From NCBI RefSeq assembly GCF_006345805.1, contig NC_042998.1, positions 31,496,001 through 31,560,000 of the forward strand: a stretch of DNA of 64,000 nucleotides. Reading direction: 5' to 3'. This document shows, in pieces, positions 1 through 12,199 of this stretch (position 1 is its first letter; every line of letters starts with the position of its first letter). The notes under the pieces were generated by a model. That model made no database searches. It saw only the letters and a program-made list of their open reading frames with translations, and was not told the origin of the DNA. Made by a program: the position numbers and the translations under genes. Source of the stretch: Octopus sinensis. Its lineage: Eukaryota.

Positions 1-985
1 GCAGAATGCTGAGCGACCAGCCAAAAGACTTTTTCTCCGATGGCATAAGCAAGCTTTTGGACCTCTAGAAGAAATACATTGAAACCGGGAAAACCGGTCC
101 TCATGAGCCTGGCATGGCTCGGGAAGAAAAGATTCTCTCTAACAACTATAGGCACTAGGCCTGAAATTTGGTAGTAAGGAATAAATCAATTATATCAGCC
201 CCAGTGTTTCCCTGGAACTTACTTTATCGTCTCCGAAAGGATGAAAAGCTAAGTGAACCTCGGCAGAATTTGAACTCAGAACGTAGCATTGTACTCATAA
301 GAGTGACAACATAATATACAGCTTAAAGAATATATTATAAATTTATAAGATTACAAAAATGCAGAATTACAGCTCTTCATAGCAGTGAATGCAGACAACA
401 TTGGAATGTTCTTGGCAAACATGTTAAAGGAGTTGTTCAACCCATGCTTTTGTTTTAAAAATTACAGGAAAAAGAGTGCGTATGATCTTTGACTTGCCCT
501 CGTTTATGCCCAGAAAATCTTTCACCCGTATTCTGCTTCCTTCTGTTTTCTCAAATTCTGTCTCATAGTGATTTACAGCTTTCGTGCCTTTATTTGATTG
601 ACAAAGTATCACTAGGTTTTAATTTTTATTTCTATTTCTTTTAACCGAGCACTTTTACGATAATCTGATGTATTCATTCAGCTGTGAAGATGTATAGTTC
701 TGCATTTGTACGACGAGTAATCATGTTGTTGGAGAAAAACGAACAAGTAGTCACTTAATGTCGGCGAGGAAGAGTGGAGAGGAAAAACCGTCTGGTTATT
801 ACTTTCAACTTTAACGTCACTTGAATGTGGTTGAATATTATTTTTGAGAATGTTTTTTCCTGTTGTTAAGCGTTTATGTATGTATTATTCTTCAACTTGT
901 CCATGCGGTCAACACAACACATATGGTAGTCAAATTAGAATTTTAGAAAACAAAATAGAGAAAAAATAATTGATGCCATACTTAC

Positions 986-1048
986 CTTCGTTCCAGGTGA
1001 CGTTTTGATTCAGCTACTTCAGGTGTTTTTACTATTTTTTTTTGACAT
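986..1048 (-). other. Candidate first coding exon (unassigned); needs a 1-nt correction in an A9 run
   Basis: Canonical AG|GTAAGT donor at 985. ATG at 1048 gives MSKKNSKNT* as written, or MSKKIVKTPEVAESKRHLER up to the donor if the A-run were 8 nt. Confidence 0.2.
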
Positions 1049-1249
1049 ATTGTTGATCGAATTCTTGTTCACTACAAACTTCCGTGATTTTTATGATTAA
1101 AGAAATAATAACAGCACTTTTCTCGAGATTATTTCACTTTCACACGATACACTTTCCTACATTGCATTACAGACTTTCTCGTAAATATTGGTTTACTTAT
1201 TCTTCTCACTTTTCTTACAGACTTTTGCATTAAAGCTAATAAAAATGGA

Positions 1250-1620
1250 AGCACTCCGTCGGTTACGGCGATGAGGGCTCCGGTTGATCCGATCAACGGA
1301 ACAGCCTGCTCGTGAAATTAACGTGTAAGTGGCTGAGCACTCCAAAGATACGTGTACCCTTAACGTAGTTCTCGGGGATATTCAGCGTGACACAGAGAGT
1401 GACAAGGCCGGCCCTTTGAAATACAGGTACAACAGAAACAGGAAGTAAGAGAAAGTTGTGGTGAAAGAGTACAGCAGGGATCACCACCATCCCTGCCGGA
1501 GCCTCGTGGAGCTTTAGGTGTTTTCGCTCAATAAACACTCACAACGCCCGGTCTGGGAATCGAAACCACGATCCTATGACCGCGAGTCCGCTGCCCTAAC
1601 CACTGGGCCATTGCGCCTCC
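1250..1620 (-). mobile_element. tRNA-derived SINE, family B (Arg/TCG-like head)
   Basis: Minus strand starts GGAGGCGCAATGGCCCAGTGGTTAGGGCAGCGGACTCGCGGTC...TTCGATTCCC (A/B box-like). The 3' body recurs at 38590-38860. Confidence 0.85.
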
Positions 1621-1700
1621 TAAGCCAATAAAAAAAATCAAATAACACAATCTCCCTGTTGCATTTTCTTGTAAACACTTAAAATATTATTTGCTGGTTC

Positions 1701-2103
1701 AAGGCGGTGAGCTGGCAGAAACGTTAGCACACCGGGCGAAATGATTTGCGGTATTTCGTCTGCCGCTACGTTCTGAGTTCAAATTCCACCAAGGCCGACT
1801 TTGCCTTTCATCCTTTCGGGGTCGATAAATTAAGTACCAGTTACGCACTGGGATCGATGTAATCGACTTAATCCGTTTGTCTGTCCTTGTTTGTCCCCTC
1901 TATGTTTAGCCCCTTGTGGGTAGTAAAGAAATAGGTATTTCGTCTGCCGCTGCGTTCTGAGTTCAAATTCCGCCGAGGTCGACTTTGCCTTTCATCCTTT
2001 CGGGGTCGATAAATTAAGTACCAGTTTCGCACTGGAGTCGATATAATCAACTTAATCCGTTTGTCCCCTCTGTGTTTAGCCCCTTTTTGAGCAATAAAGA
2101 AAT
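1701..2103 (+). mobile_element. SINE family A, head-to-tail dimer (full unit + 5'-truncated unit)
   Basis: GGCGGTGAGCTGGCAGAAACGTTAGC...AAAGAAATA followed directly by GGTATTTCGTCTG...AAAGAAATA. TSD TATTTGCTGG(T/C)TC at 1688-1700 and 2114-2126. Confidence 0.9.
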
Positions 2104-3039
2104 AAAAAAAAAATATTTGCTGGCTCATTATTTAATTATGGTAATAATTTAATTTGAAGTTATATTTTAAGATTAAATCGCTTCCTCTAGTCGAGTTCAT
2201 ATGATGCATATTTTATTCAAAGCCTAAATCCAGTCCATTTGCTTTGACCTCCACAACATATCCCTCATCTCATTAGAATCTTTTCAACATTGAACTTCTT
2301 GCGTCTTCCAAGCCGCAGCTGAAATCATTCAGTTATTTAATCTCTCAAAATAATTACGTTTAGAATGAATATTTCAATCCCATCACTGAATGATTGTCTC
2401 TCCGTATTACGTGCACTTTGTTATATGTAATTTTTACCGTTCAATGAGAGAAGAAAGAGATTCATTCATTAACCTTAACGGCATGGTTTCGAGCAAGAGC
2501 AAGTTATTTTTAAACCAGATGTCTGGTTTGAATGTTTGCAACAGACTGAAATCTGTAAAAGACAACTAAAAACCAGTTGGTGTTGTTAAATCAGGCGATG
2601 GTTTAAGCTTTTATACTACAGAGGAAATAAGTCATAAAGAGCCGGAACAGACGTCGCTAGGTGTTTTATCCGGTGCTGTAGCAATTCAACTAATCCACGT
2701 TCTCAATTGTTCTTTGTTTTAGCGACCAGAATATCATGAAATGCAAAGCTGACATCGACAGGAATTGAAATCAGAGCACAACAGTCTTTCGATTCTACCA
2801 ATTTGCAGCTGAAATGTCATTCAAAACCAAATCTTCACAGAGCTTATCGTGTTAAAACGAGGAGACGCTGATTAATATAGCCCTAGGTACATTAGGTCTG
2901 AAAAAAAAAGCAAAGAAAAACTAACAAAAACGTGGTTGTGTCTATAGCTTAAATGTCTTTGATCATAGGTTTATAAATCAGACGTTAGTTAGAATTAGGC
3001 TGCTGCTGCTGCTACTACTACTACTACTACTGCTGCTGT

Positions 3040-3073
<34 letters not shown>

Positions 3074-4428
3074 TAGGTGCTATTGTTTTCAATCAATGAA
3101 ATCGACTAGCCACCTCCCCGAAATTGCTGGCCTTGTGCCAAAATTTGAAACTAGCATCTGATAAAATTTTTTTAAATATTACAATGTGAAATATTCATTT
3201 CGCAGGGTCTAATATTATTTTCGAATTTTGGGACAAGGCCAGAAATGTTTGAGGGAGTGGGTAAGGCGATTACTGGGGTTCAGCTAGCTGAATACTAGTT
3301 AAGCCCCAGTATTTAACTAATACTCATTTTATCGACCCCGAAACGATGAAAAGTAAAGCCAGCCTCTCCGTGGAATTTGAAGTCAGAACGCGAAGCCGGA
3401 TGAAATGCCTCCGTGTATTTTGTCCGGTGTGTCAGCTCGGACAGCTCGCCGCCTTAATCTCATTAGATAGTTTATACTACTTTAACCTTAATTAACATAC
3501 GCTTCGCAGTTTGCTTTTCAGAGCCGACTATTTTTCCCGAGAAATTAATTCTATTTCCAATTCGTTTAATTTGATTCACCTAACCATTTCCTGAAGTCGA
3601 ACGCAGTATCTTCTGGTTCACTATTTACGGAATAACATTATTCCCGATCTCTCTTTTCACTGCGTAACTTACCCTATCATATTTTCTTTTATTGTTACTC
3701 CGATTTTTGTTTGCTAGTGTATAACTTTCGAACTCATTGCATTTCAAACTAAAGACTTCCTTGTCATGAACACCCTTTCATCTCTTGTTTGCCTTCCTTT
3801 GAACTGCGCCGTACTATGTCGGTGGCGAAAACATGACAGGATTCAGTGTGGGAATTAGTGGGAAAATGAGTTGATAAGGTCGACTCTACAAAGCAAAATA
3901 AAATATATTACCAGAGAATATTTAAATGTAAATACAAGAGTGAAATAAAATAGTTATTGACAACATTTTAGCAGAAATTTTATTAGAAATGTTTGAAAAG
4001 TTCCCTAATAGAGGGGAATGAAGAATTTGGTTGTTAAACGTAACACACACGTACATGTACCACATACACATAAACACATATATACATATACACTACACAC
4101 ACATACACATATGTACACGCACCGCGCACACACATACACATATACACAAACCGCACATATACACATACACACGGGCACTTGATTGTGTTGTAACAACACA
4201 AATATGTGATGTGGGGGAGTTCTAGAAAAACGTTATTGGCTTAGTTTTGGAAAAGAGTAAATTTGTTTTAAACCTTTTAGCAAAAATCTGTGATGCTGGA
4301 GATAATACTGAAAACAGACCATTTGTTTATGCATCATCGTCATCGTCGTGGTTGTCATCATCATCATCATCATCCTCAATATTCACAAAGGAGTCAAGCA
4401 CAATGACAGAATCATGACATTTATTCTT

Positions 4429-4608
4429 ATTTCTTTATTGCCTACAAGGGGCTAAACATACAGGGGACAAACAAGGACAGACAAAGGGATTAAGTCGATT
4501 ACATCGACTCCAGTGCGTAACTGGTACTTAATTTATCGACCCCCGAAATGATGAAGGGCAAAGTCGACCTCGGCATAATTTGAACTCAGAACGTAAAGAC
4601 AGACGAAA
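4429..4608 (-). mobile_element. SINE family A, 5'-truncated
   Basis: Reverse complement of the family A body and tail, truncated at TTTCGTCTG. Confidence 0.85.
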
Positions 4609-5469
4609 AAGTTCGTAGATCTTGAGCGTGGGTCTGTAAGAATGTTAAATGTTCATTCTGTTCTCATGGATCTTGTTTCAGATGATCCCTTGGCTAGCCA
4701 GCAACTCTGAATGTCGGAGGTAACACCTGTCTTGTTGGTCCACTGGGTTAAGTCGGCATAGCGTTGCGTTTTACAAACTCTTCACCGTTAGCATGCGCTG
4801 GTTAAATATGAGGTGACGTCAGTCAGGTAACACCTGTGATCTCTACATAAGTAGAGATAGTATAACCGACAGGTTAAAAAGTTTGTTTCATAATTACCAA
4901 GACCCAAGTTCGATCCCACAATGCGGCAAGATAGACGAAAAAAACGCTAAGGGTACACATGACTTTGGAATATTTAGCCTTGTATACTATCATCCTCTAA
5001 TTAGGTCGTTCAGATGATCAAACAACTGAAATCATGCGATGACAAGTTTCGACACACACGTATTGTTTACATCATAAAAATATAAAAACTCCGATAGAGG
5101 TGAAATAAGTTGTTTAGCGATGTGAGTTCGTGTCTGATGAGCGATCTTAGTTTTTATTTTTCTATTCGAAGGATTTTTTAACCTAATGTTTGAATGGTTT
5201 TATTTATCGCTTTATAGCTTTATCTACGGCGAGTGAAGCCGATATTGTTTATTTTTCTTTAACCTGCTTTAGTCATTAGACTGCGACCATGCTTGGACTC
5301 CGCTTTCAGGAATTTTTGGCCGAATGAATCGACCCCAGTAATTATGTTTGTTTGAAGCCTTGTACTTATTCTTTCGGTCTCTGTTGCCGGACTGCCAAAT
5401 TACGTGACCGTAAACAGAGCGGTTGTGAAACGGTGGTGGGGAACAAACATACTCGCATTTACATATGTA

Positions 5470-5470
5470 T

Positions 5471-5544
<74 letters not shown>

Positions 5545-5860
5545 GATATAAATAATATATATATATATATAATATAAATAATATATCTATATAATATAAA
5601 TAATATATATATATATATGATATAAGTAATATATATATATATATAATATAAATAATATATCTATATAATATAAACAATATATATATATAATATAAATAAT
5701 ATATATATATATATATATATAATATAATAATATATATATATATAATATAAATAATATATTATATATATATATAATATAAATAATATATATATATATATAT
5801 ATATAAATAATATATATATGTATATATATATTATAAATAATATATATATATATATAATAT
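5470..5860. repeat. (TA)n microsatellite with reiterated ATAATATAAATAAT units
   Basis: Directly visible. Confidence 0.9.
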
Positions 5861-5954
5861 AAGATGAATAATGTATATCGCCATGTTGATTCGTTAGTTA
5901 CTGCACGCATTTTTTTCTCTCCTTCTTTCTGTGTTTTTTTTTTCTCTCTGTGTA

Positions 5955-5992
5955 TCTTTCTGTTGAAGAGCGTAGGCTCGAAACGTTAAAGA
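5955..5992 (+). ncRNA. Hammerhead-like motif, type I, variant core
   Basis: TCTTT-CTGTTGA-A-GAGC(GTAG)GCTC-GAAA-CG-T-T-AAAGA: 5-bp stem I, 4-bp stem II, palindromic ACGT stem III. A second copy lies at 60539-60576. Confidence 0.45.
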
Positions 5993-6476
5993 CTTGTTTT
6001 ATTTATATTTCCTGAGCGCCATACTAATACAATTGTTTGTTTGTTTCCCACCTGCCTTCGTCTTTTGTCTATCTTCATAAAGCTTCCCGTTATATATATA
6101 TAATATATACATATATGTACATACCTACACATATGTATATATACATGCATATATGAGTACAGGACATCAAAAAACGTTGCCTTCGGAACGCTGAGTAGAT
6201 AAGACAGGGACAACTGATGAAGGGAATGTTCTTTATGTTGCATGTCTCGTTTTTCTGTTTGTTTTTTCGTTGTTCGAAAAAAAGTTCATTTTCTATGTTT
6301 TTGTTTTTAAGTTTTCGTTTCTCATTGTGTTCAACGTATTTTTGATGTCCTGTACCCATATACGCATGTATATATACATATATGTAGGTATGTACATATA
6401 TGTATGTATATATGCATATATTTATATATTATATTATTATATGATCGAACGCTACGCATCCTTTTCCAAGTAAGTT

Positions 6477-6550
<74 letters not shown>

Positions 6551-6662
6551 ATATATAATGTAATTTAGTTTCAGTTGAATTAGGTACTTAAATTGGGGCA
6601 CCTTGTTAGGACGAACTTATTTGCACACTCAAACAATTAGGTGATGATCAAACTCTACATAG

Positions 6663-6803
6663 AATTTTTTCTACCCGGTATTCATGCAGTGTATGCAGAT
6701 GGCACGATCCAATTTAGTGAATGCATCCGCTCTTGTTTGTTCAGACATGGACTTTATATTAAGATACTTTCCGAATACTTCCGAAGTGCAGATTCTTAGG
6801 GAG
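6663..6803 (+). CDS. Candidate internal exon, unidentified protein
   Basis: TAG| acceptor, 141 nt open in phase 0 (NFFYPVFMQCMQMARSNLVNASALVCSDMDFILRYFPNTSEVQILRE), GAG|GTGAGT donor. Confidence 0.45.
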
Positions 6804-7564
6804 GTGAGTAAAATATAGATGAGTAACAAAGATGTATAAGTGTCAATTCATTACGGCCGTTTCGAGCAACTCCTTTAACACTTGGTCTACCAGGGAATGT
6901 GTATGTCACTAATTACCAACTGAGTCCAACGGACCCAATAATTTTCTTTTAATTAAGTTTTATTCAAACTACCATTATTTCTTAATTATATTATATATAA
7001 TACCAGGTGAATGAAGAATTAGTTTCCCACAAATTTAATATGTGTATGGATGGGAAGCAAGCTTCTTACCACACAGCCATACAAATTGATCGTGTTGTCG
7101 AATGAAATAAATAATTAATAGCTAATCGTAAATAGCTTAAATATTTCATCATATAATTTGAAATATGTTTCATTTTAACCTACCAACAAATAAAGTGATT
7201 ATATTATTCTCGGAGATATCTTATTCCCATATCTAAACTTTTGCTCAATAAACGATAAAGATGAGTGCTTTTAAAAAATTCTCACTAAAAGAAAAATTGT
7301 GATCAGCATTACTGATATGGCCAAAAATATTACTGTCTGTTTAATTAATTCAACCCTTGAGACTTAATCCAACTTATAATTTCATTAGTAAGTAAATTAA
7401 TAAACAGAATAAAGTGGTGTTCAAACATGGTTGTAGCTTTGGTGACTAAAACTAATGCACTGAGATCGATTAAATCGAATAAACCATATTGATAGGTTTG
7501 CGCCACATGATATAGACATGTATGCACATGTAGTATATAACAGCATCAACAACAACAACAACAA

Positions 7565-7907
7565 AAATGATAAAGAAAAGAACTGAAAATTATTTAAGAA
7601 TGATCCGTGGCTTACCATCCATGCAGGAAGTGCAAGAGATTATCTTAACTGGTGCATTACACGTATTGAGAAGTGCATTGTCGGTGGGAGGTTTCTTGCC
7701 CATTTTCTTCTTTATTTTCTTTGTTTACTTTACTTTTTTCTCTCTGTCTATCTTTCAACTTTTCTGTATCACATGACTTTCTGAATGAACAATCTGGTGC
7801 GTTTACTTTAAATAGCCTACCAATGTATACAGTGCGTTTCTCTGTCCTGGGTGTCAGGAAGACACTTGGTAAGAAATGGAAACAATTGATAGAAGATGAT
7901 AAGGAAA

Positions 7908-7938
<31 letters not shown>

Positions 7939-8230
7939 GATTGAGAGATACCAGCCACTGCGGGACGCGATAGGAAAGTTATGAGGCATGAGGAAAGTAA
8001 TGGTGATACCGGTGGTAATTGGAGCATTAGGGGCAGTTTTAAGGGCTTTGAAAAACATATTAAGAATATTGGATCTGCTGTCAGGCTCTAAGTGATCCAG
8101 AAGACAGCATTGTTGGGTACAGCTCGCATTCTAAGAAGAGCATTGTCTCTTTGAGTCACAGGACTGCCCTAGGTCTCAGGAAGACACTCGGCAAGAAATG
8201 GAAACAGAATTGAAAGAAGATGCTAATGGA
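7565..8230 (+). mobile_element. 3' ends of RLE-type (R4/Dong-like) non-LTR retrotransposons, several truncated copies
   Basis: Remnant peptides ...QEIILTGALHVLRSALS and KIERYQPL...VIPVVIGALG...VIQKTALLGTARILRRALSL. The 3'UTR GGAAGACAC...AAGAAATGGAAACA occurs twice, each time ending in (AAT)n. Confidence 0.8.
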
Positions 8231-8282
<52 letters not shown>

Positions 8283-9042
8283 TGGCTGAGAAGATCAGGA
8301 CTCAAAACACAGACTGAAGGATTGTTAATTGCGGTGCAAGGTGAAAGTCTTCCCAACAGAAATCACCAAAGACGCATAATGAAAAGAAATACAAGTAACT
8401 GCAGAATTTGTGGTGATGGAGAAGAAGCAATAAATCATATTCTCTGGCTGTCCAATCCTGGCCAAGAAGGAATATATTCACAGATACGACAGAGTTGGGA
8501 TCTATATGTGCTATAGAATAGCAACGGGAAAAGGATGGTATAGGCACGCCACAGAAAGGATCGCGGAGAATGAGAAAGCAACCAAGCTCTGGAATGTGCC
8601 AGTGCACACAGATAGAGAAGTCAAAAGTGGTGGGCAGGATGTTGTTGTCAGAGATCACCAAGAAAAATGTGCTTTCTAATGGATGTATCAATACCAACAG
8701 GTGACAATGCTTCTCTAAAAGAAGCGGAGAAACTTTCAAAATACAAAGCTCTAGAAATAGAGGTAACTCGAATGTAGAACTTAAAAACAGAAACAATTCC
8801 TATCATAGGAGGCGCATTAGGTATGATAAAAAAATATTCAGACAAATACATAACAAAAATCGCCAGGACTTTCAAGTATATATAACATACAGAAAATAGC
8901 ACTACTAGACACCGCACACATCCAACGTAAGACATTTTATTTCAGTGAAAACAAGAGCACCAACAAACCATAACACACACACTCAAGGCACACAGAGCTG
9001 CGCTCGGTAGTGTAATGAAAGCACGTGATAACAATAAGACTA

Positions 9043-9046
<4 letters not shown>
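8283..9046 (+). mobile_element. RLE-type (R4/Dong-like) LINE, 5'-truncated and decayed
   Basis: GLKTQTEGLLIAVQ...CRICGDGEEAINHIL (CCHC knuckle), then FLMDVSIPTGDN...EKLSKYKALEIEV...IPIIGGALG...KIALLDTAHI. Flanked by (AAT)n on both sides. Confidence 0.85.
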
Positions 9047-9083
<37 letters not shown>

Positions 9084-9382
9084 TAATAATAATAATAATA
9101 ATCATATTGGAACTGAAAGAATTCTTCGCATGGTTCTTGAAGCATAACCAGTAAAATAAGTGTCACCTTAGTCTGCTGGCTGTGGAGAGCTGACGCTTTC
9201 CATCATACCCAGCAATATAAGCTGTGGGTTTTAATATAATAATAATAACAACAACAGCAAAAACAACAATAATAATCAGTTGCTTGTTTGACCTTAATCG
9301 GTTGAGTATATTCCTTAGTGGCTGACAAAATGTGCATCTCTGATCACGAGCAGAAGTAGTGAGAGAGCATTGCCCTGATTTA

Positions 9383-9822
9383 GTACCAGGCAGTGGCTCT
9401 CTTGGCTTCTGATCTTAACTGATTGGAAGTGTTATCATGTACATTGTTTTGTTTTTGTATAAAAGATGGGCTACAGCAAATATTCTGCTCAATACCACAA
9501 ATTTGCTTGTCAGTTGTTTGACCGTAACCAGTTGAGCATGTCTCTTAGTGGCTGACGATATGTTTCATTCAAAATCCTAAAAAAAAAACATTATTCAGGG
9601 ATCTTTTGACCGAAATGGGCTACTCAACATGAAGAAAATTCTATTTGGGCCCACTTGCAAGGTCAGACGCTGTTTATCTTGATATGAGATCACCATGTCA
9701 TGTACGTATGGTTGTGGTGCATGTGCCTAGTGTACCGTTATCAGACGGGTAGTCATGATGGGTACACTGGGCGTCGTATATTTGTACTCCAGTGCCACTT
9801 TGATGGAATGTACTGCTTTCCC
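9383..9822 (+). mobile_element. Non-coding interspersed repeat ending in (AAT)n
   Basis: Homologous to 50090-50635 on the minus strand. Starts GTACCAGGCAGTGGCTCTC and ends TACTGCTTTCCC(AAT)n. Confidence 0.7.
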
Positions 9823-11635
9823 AATAATAATAATAATAATGATACAAAATTTTCACACGCAATACAAATTCTGTAGAACAAGCATCAAATAATCTTGAGC
9901 AACACAATTAATGCAACATAAACTATAGAAAACTTGTGACATCACACACACAATGCATAACACAAAATATACTAATATAACATGAAACAAGAAACCCCAT
10001 AACAAAACAAACTGGTGTAGAAACAGAAGGACTCTACAAACATCCCCAATCACCATAAAAATACGAACACATTGTTGCAAACATCACAGGTAAAGAAAGG
10101 TACAGCAGATGGTGCAGTAGAAACTCGCATAAACTGCAAAAGAGAAAGTTTTCATAATAATGATATTAACTACAAATTTGGGCACAAGGTCAGCAATTTT
10201 AGGGAGCGAGTAATCCGATTGCATGGACACCAGTAAGCTGGTACTTATTTTATCGCTCCCGAAAGGATGAAAGGCAAAGATGGCCTCGAAGGAATTTGAA
10301 CTCAGGCCGAAAAATGCTGCTAAAGATTTTGCCGGGTGTGCTAAGATCAGAGGTTCTGAGAAGGGGGCTTAATCGATGCCAACAATCCAATACTTGATTC
10401 CGAGTGGATGGAAGGCAAAGATGAACTCATTGCAATTTGAAATCTGGGCGTAAAGTGCCAGTACAAATAACATAAGGTGTTTTCCGATGCTTTACAGCTC
10501 CAGTTCGCTGCCTTTAAATGATTTCTAGTTTAAACTCAAGTCAATTACTTTAGAGGTCCGATTTAGCCGATACTTGACTGGTATCACAGTTTTTCTAATC
10601 AGAAGTGTTGAAAGAATAAGTTGAAGAAATAACGAAATAATATCGCCATGCATTTTCCACCCCCGACGCTGTAATGATTCTACTGTCAAATTTCTCAACA
10701 GAACAAAATCAACCAAACAGAATTTAATGTGAAAAATTATTTCTGAGTCTCAAATATGTTTTTATGAGCACGACGTAAGAAAATTTAGGAATATTACTAT
10801 GTTAAATGGTCGTAGTATATTCTTAAATTAACGACGTTTTCCTTCTGAAGAAAACCATTGGATAATCATAGGATATCATATTTAAAAAAAATCATAAATA
10901 AGCATCAGCTTAATATTATAGCTGCAAGTTATTGAAGTTTCTAAAATGAATGTTTGTGGCACATAAAAAAATGAAGGAAATTACCGGATTTATAGCTGAT
11001 GGCATCAAACAAAGAGCAAAAGGAAAAAAAAATGTAAAATAATAAGCAAAAAAAAAACTGTCATTGAAAATTTATAAATTTATGGATCGAGAGACGTTAT
11101 TTACATATTAATCATTTTACGCTTGAATGAAATAAGTAGCGTACTGATAAAACACACGACAAAACAACATAAAAAATATAACGTTTGCTTACCGACACGT
11201 TTCATATTATATTAACCGGTCACTGAAGCAATCAATTAGTCACACTTATCAGTGTTTACTAATAATATTTAGATATCAAGTGTGTTTCGCTTTTTATTTC
11301 GGTCTTAGAAATGCTATATTTTAATAGGTGTCCACAAAATTACCTGAGTCATTAATGCGTTGCTTAGACTTTGCTTTGAAATTGACCGAGATTAAACTTA
11401 GAAACAGTTCAGCAATTGCTACAGTGAGCATAGAATCTATATTATTAGATGGAGTTTTGAAGTATCAAAACATATATTGATGTTATATATGTATATATAT
11501 ATATATTTCAACCGGGGTGAGATACCAAAGTCGGTATTTTAAAACTATTTCCGTTTTTATTATGCCATATAACTCAAAGTTAAAAATAGATTCTAGTTTT
11601 ACAGGAACCAAACTTAAAACAGTGCAAAGCAAATA

Positions 11636-11757
11636 CAGTAGTTCCTCGGTTTTCGAACAACTCTGATCACGAATAAATCGTGCTTTATCTCCTTTATCTC
11701 CTTCTCATATTCTTTTAATACAGTAGTACCTCGGTTTACCAACGCTTCGTGTTTTTA
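11636..11757 (+). mobile_element. pogo/Tigger-like TIR remnants
   Basis: Two TA|CAGTAGT(T/A)CCTCGGTTT starts at 11636 and 11721. Confidence 0.3.
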
Positions 11758-12199
11758 TTACCCACTAGGGGCTAAACATAGAGGTTTATACAGCACGGAA
11801 GACAATATAAAATCGGTGAAATAAAAAAAAACAAAAAGGAAATCGAGCAAAGAAGTAAAAAATAAAAGAAACGAATGAAATAATGAATAATAATAAAATG
11901 AGGCGCAATGCCCACTCGATCCCCGAAGTCGAGTGGTTACATTTACACATGATTTTGGACAGTTTTTTCTCTTTCCCTTTCTATATTTTTCAAAACAAAA
12001 ACTTTTCATCATCGTTATTTTTCATATTGTTTACTTCTAAGTAGTTTTGTCTGTTTGTGTTCTTTTAGATGTTTATAGTTTAATGTAGTTGGCTGTTTAT
12101 TTATTTCTGTACAAGTATTTGTTCTAGATTTTTTTGAACTGTAGTCTTTTTAAAACAGAGTTTCGTAACCAAGGAAGAAGTTGACACTGTTTTCCTAGC

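Noticed and set aside
424-612. 62-aa minus-strand ORF as the next exon after the donor at 985
   Set aside because: The acceptor is weak and the phase is incompatible (a stop follows after 6 codons); no recognisable motif.
5020-5180. CTGATGAG on plus and CGAAAC-TT-GTC on minus as hammerheads
   Set aside because: No consistent stem I/II pairing with a core on the same strand.
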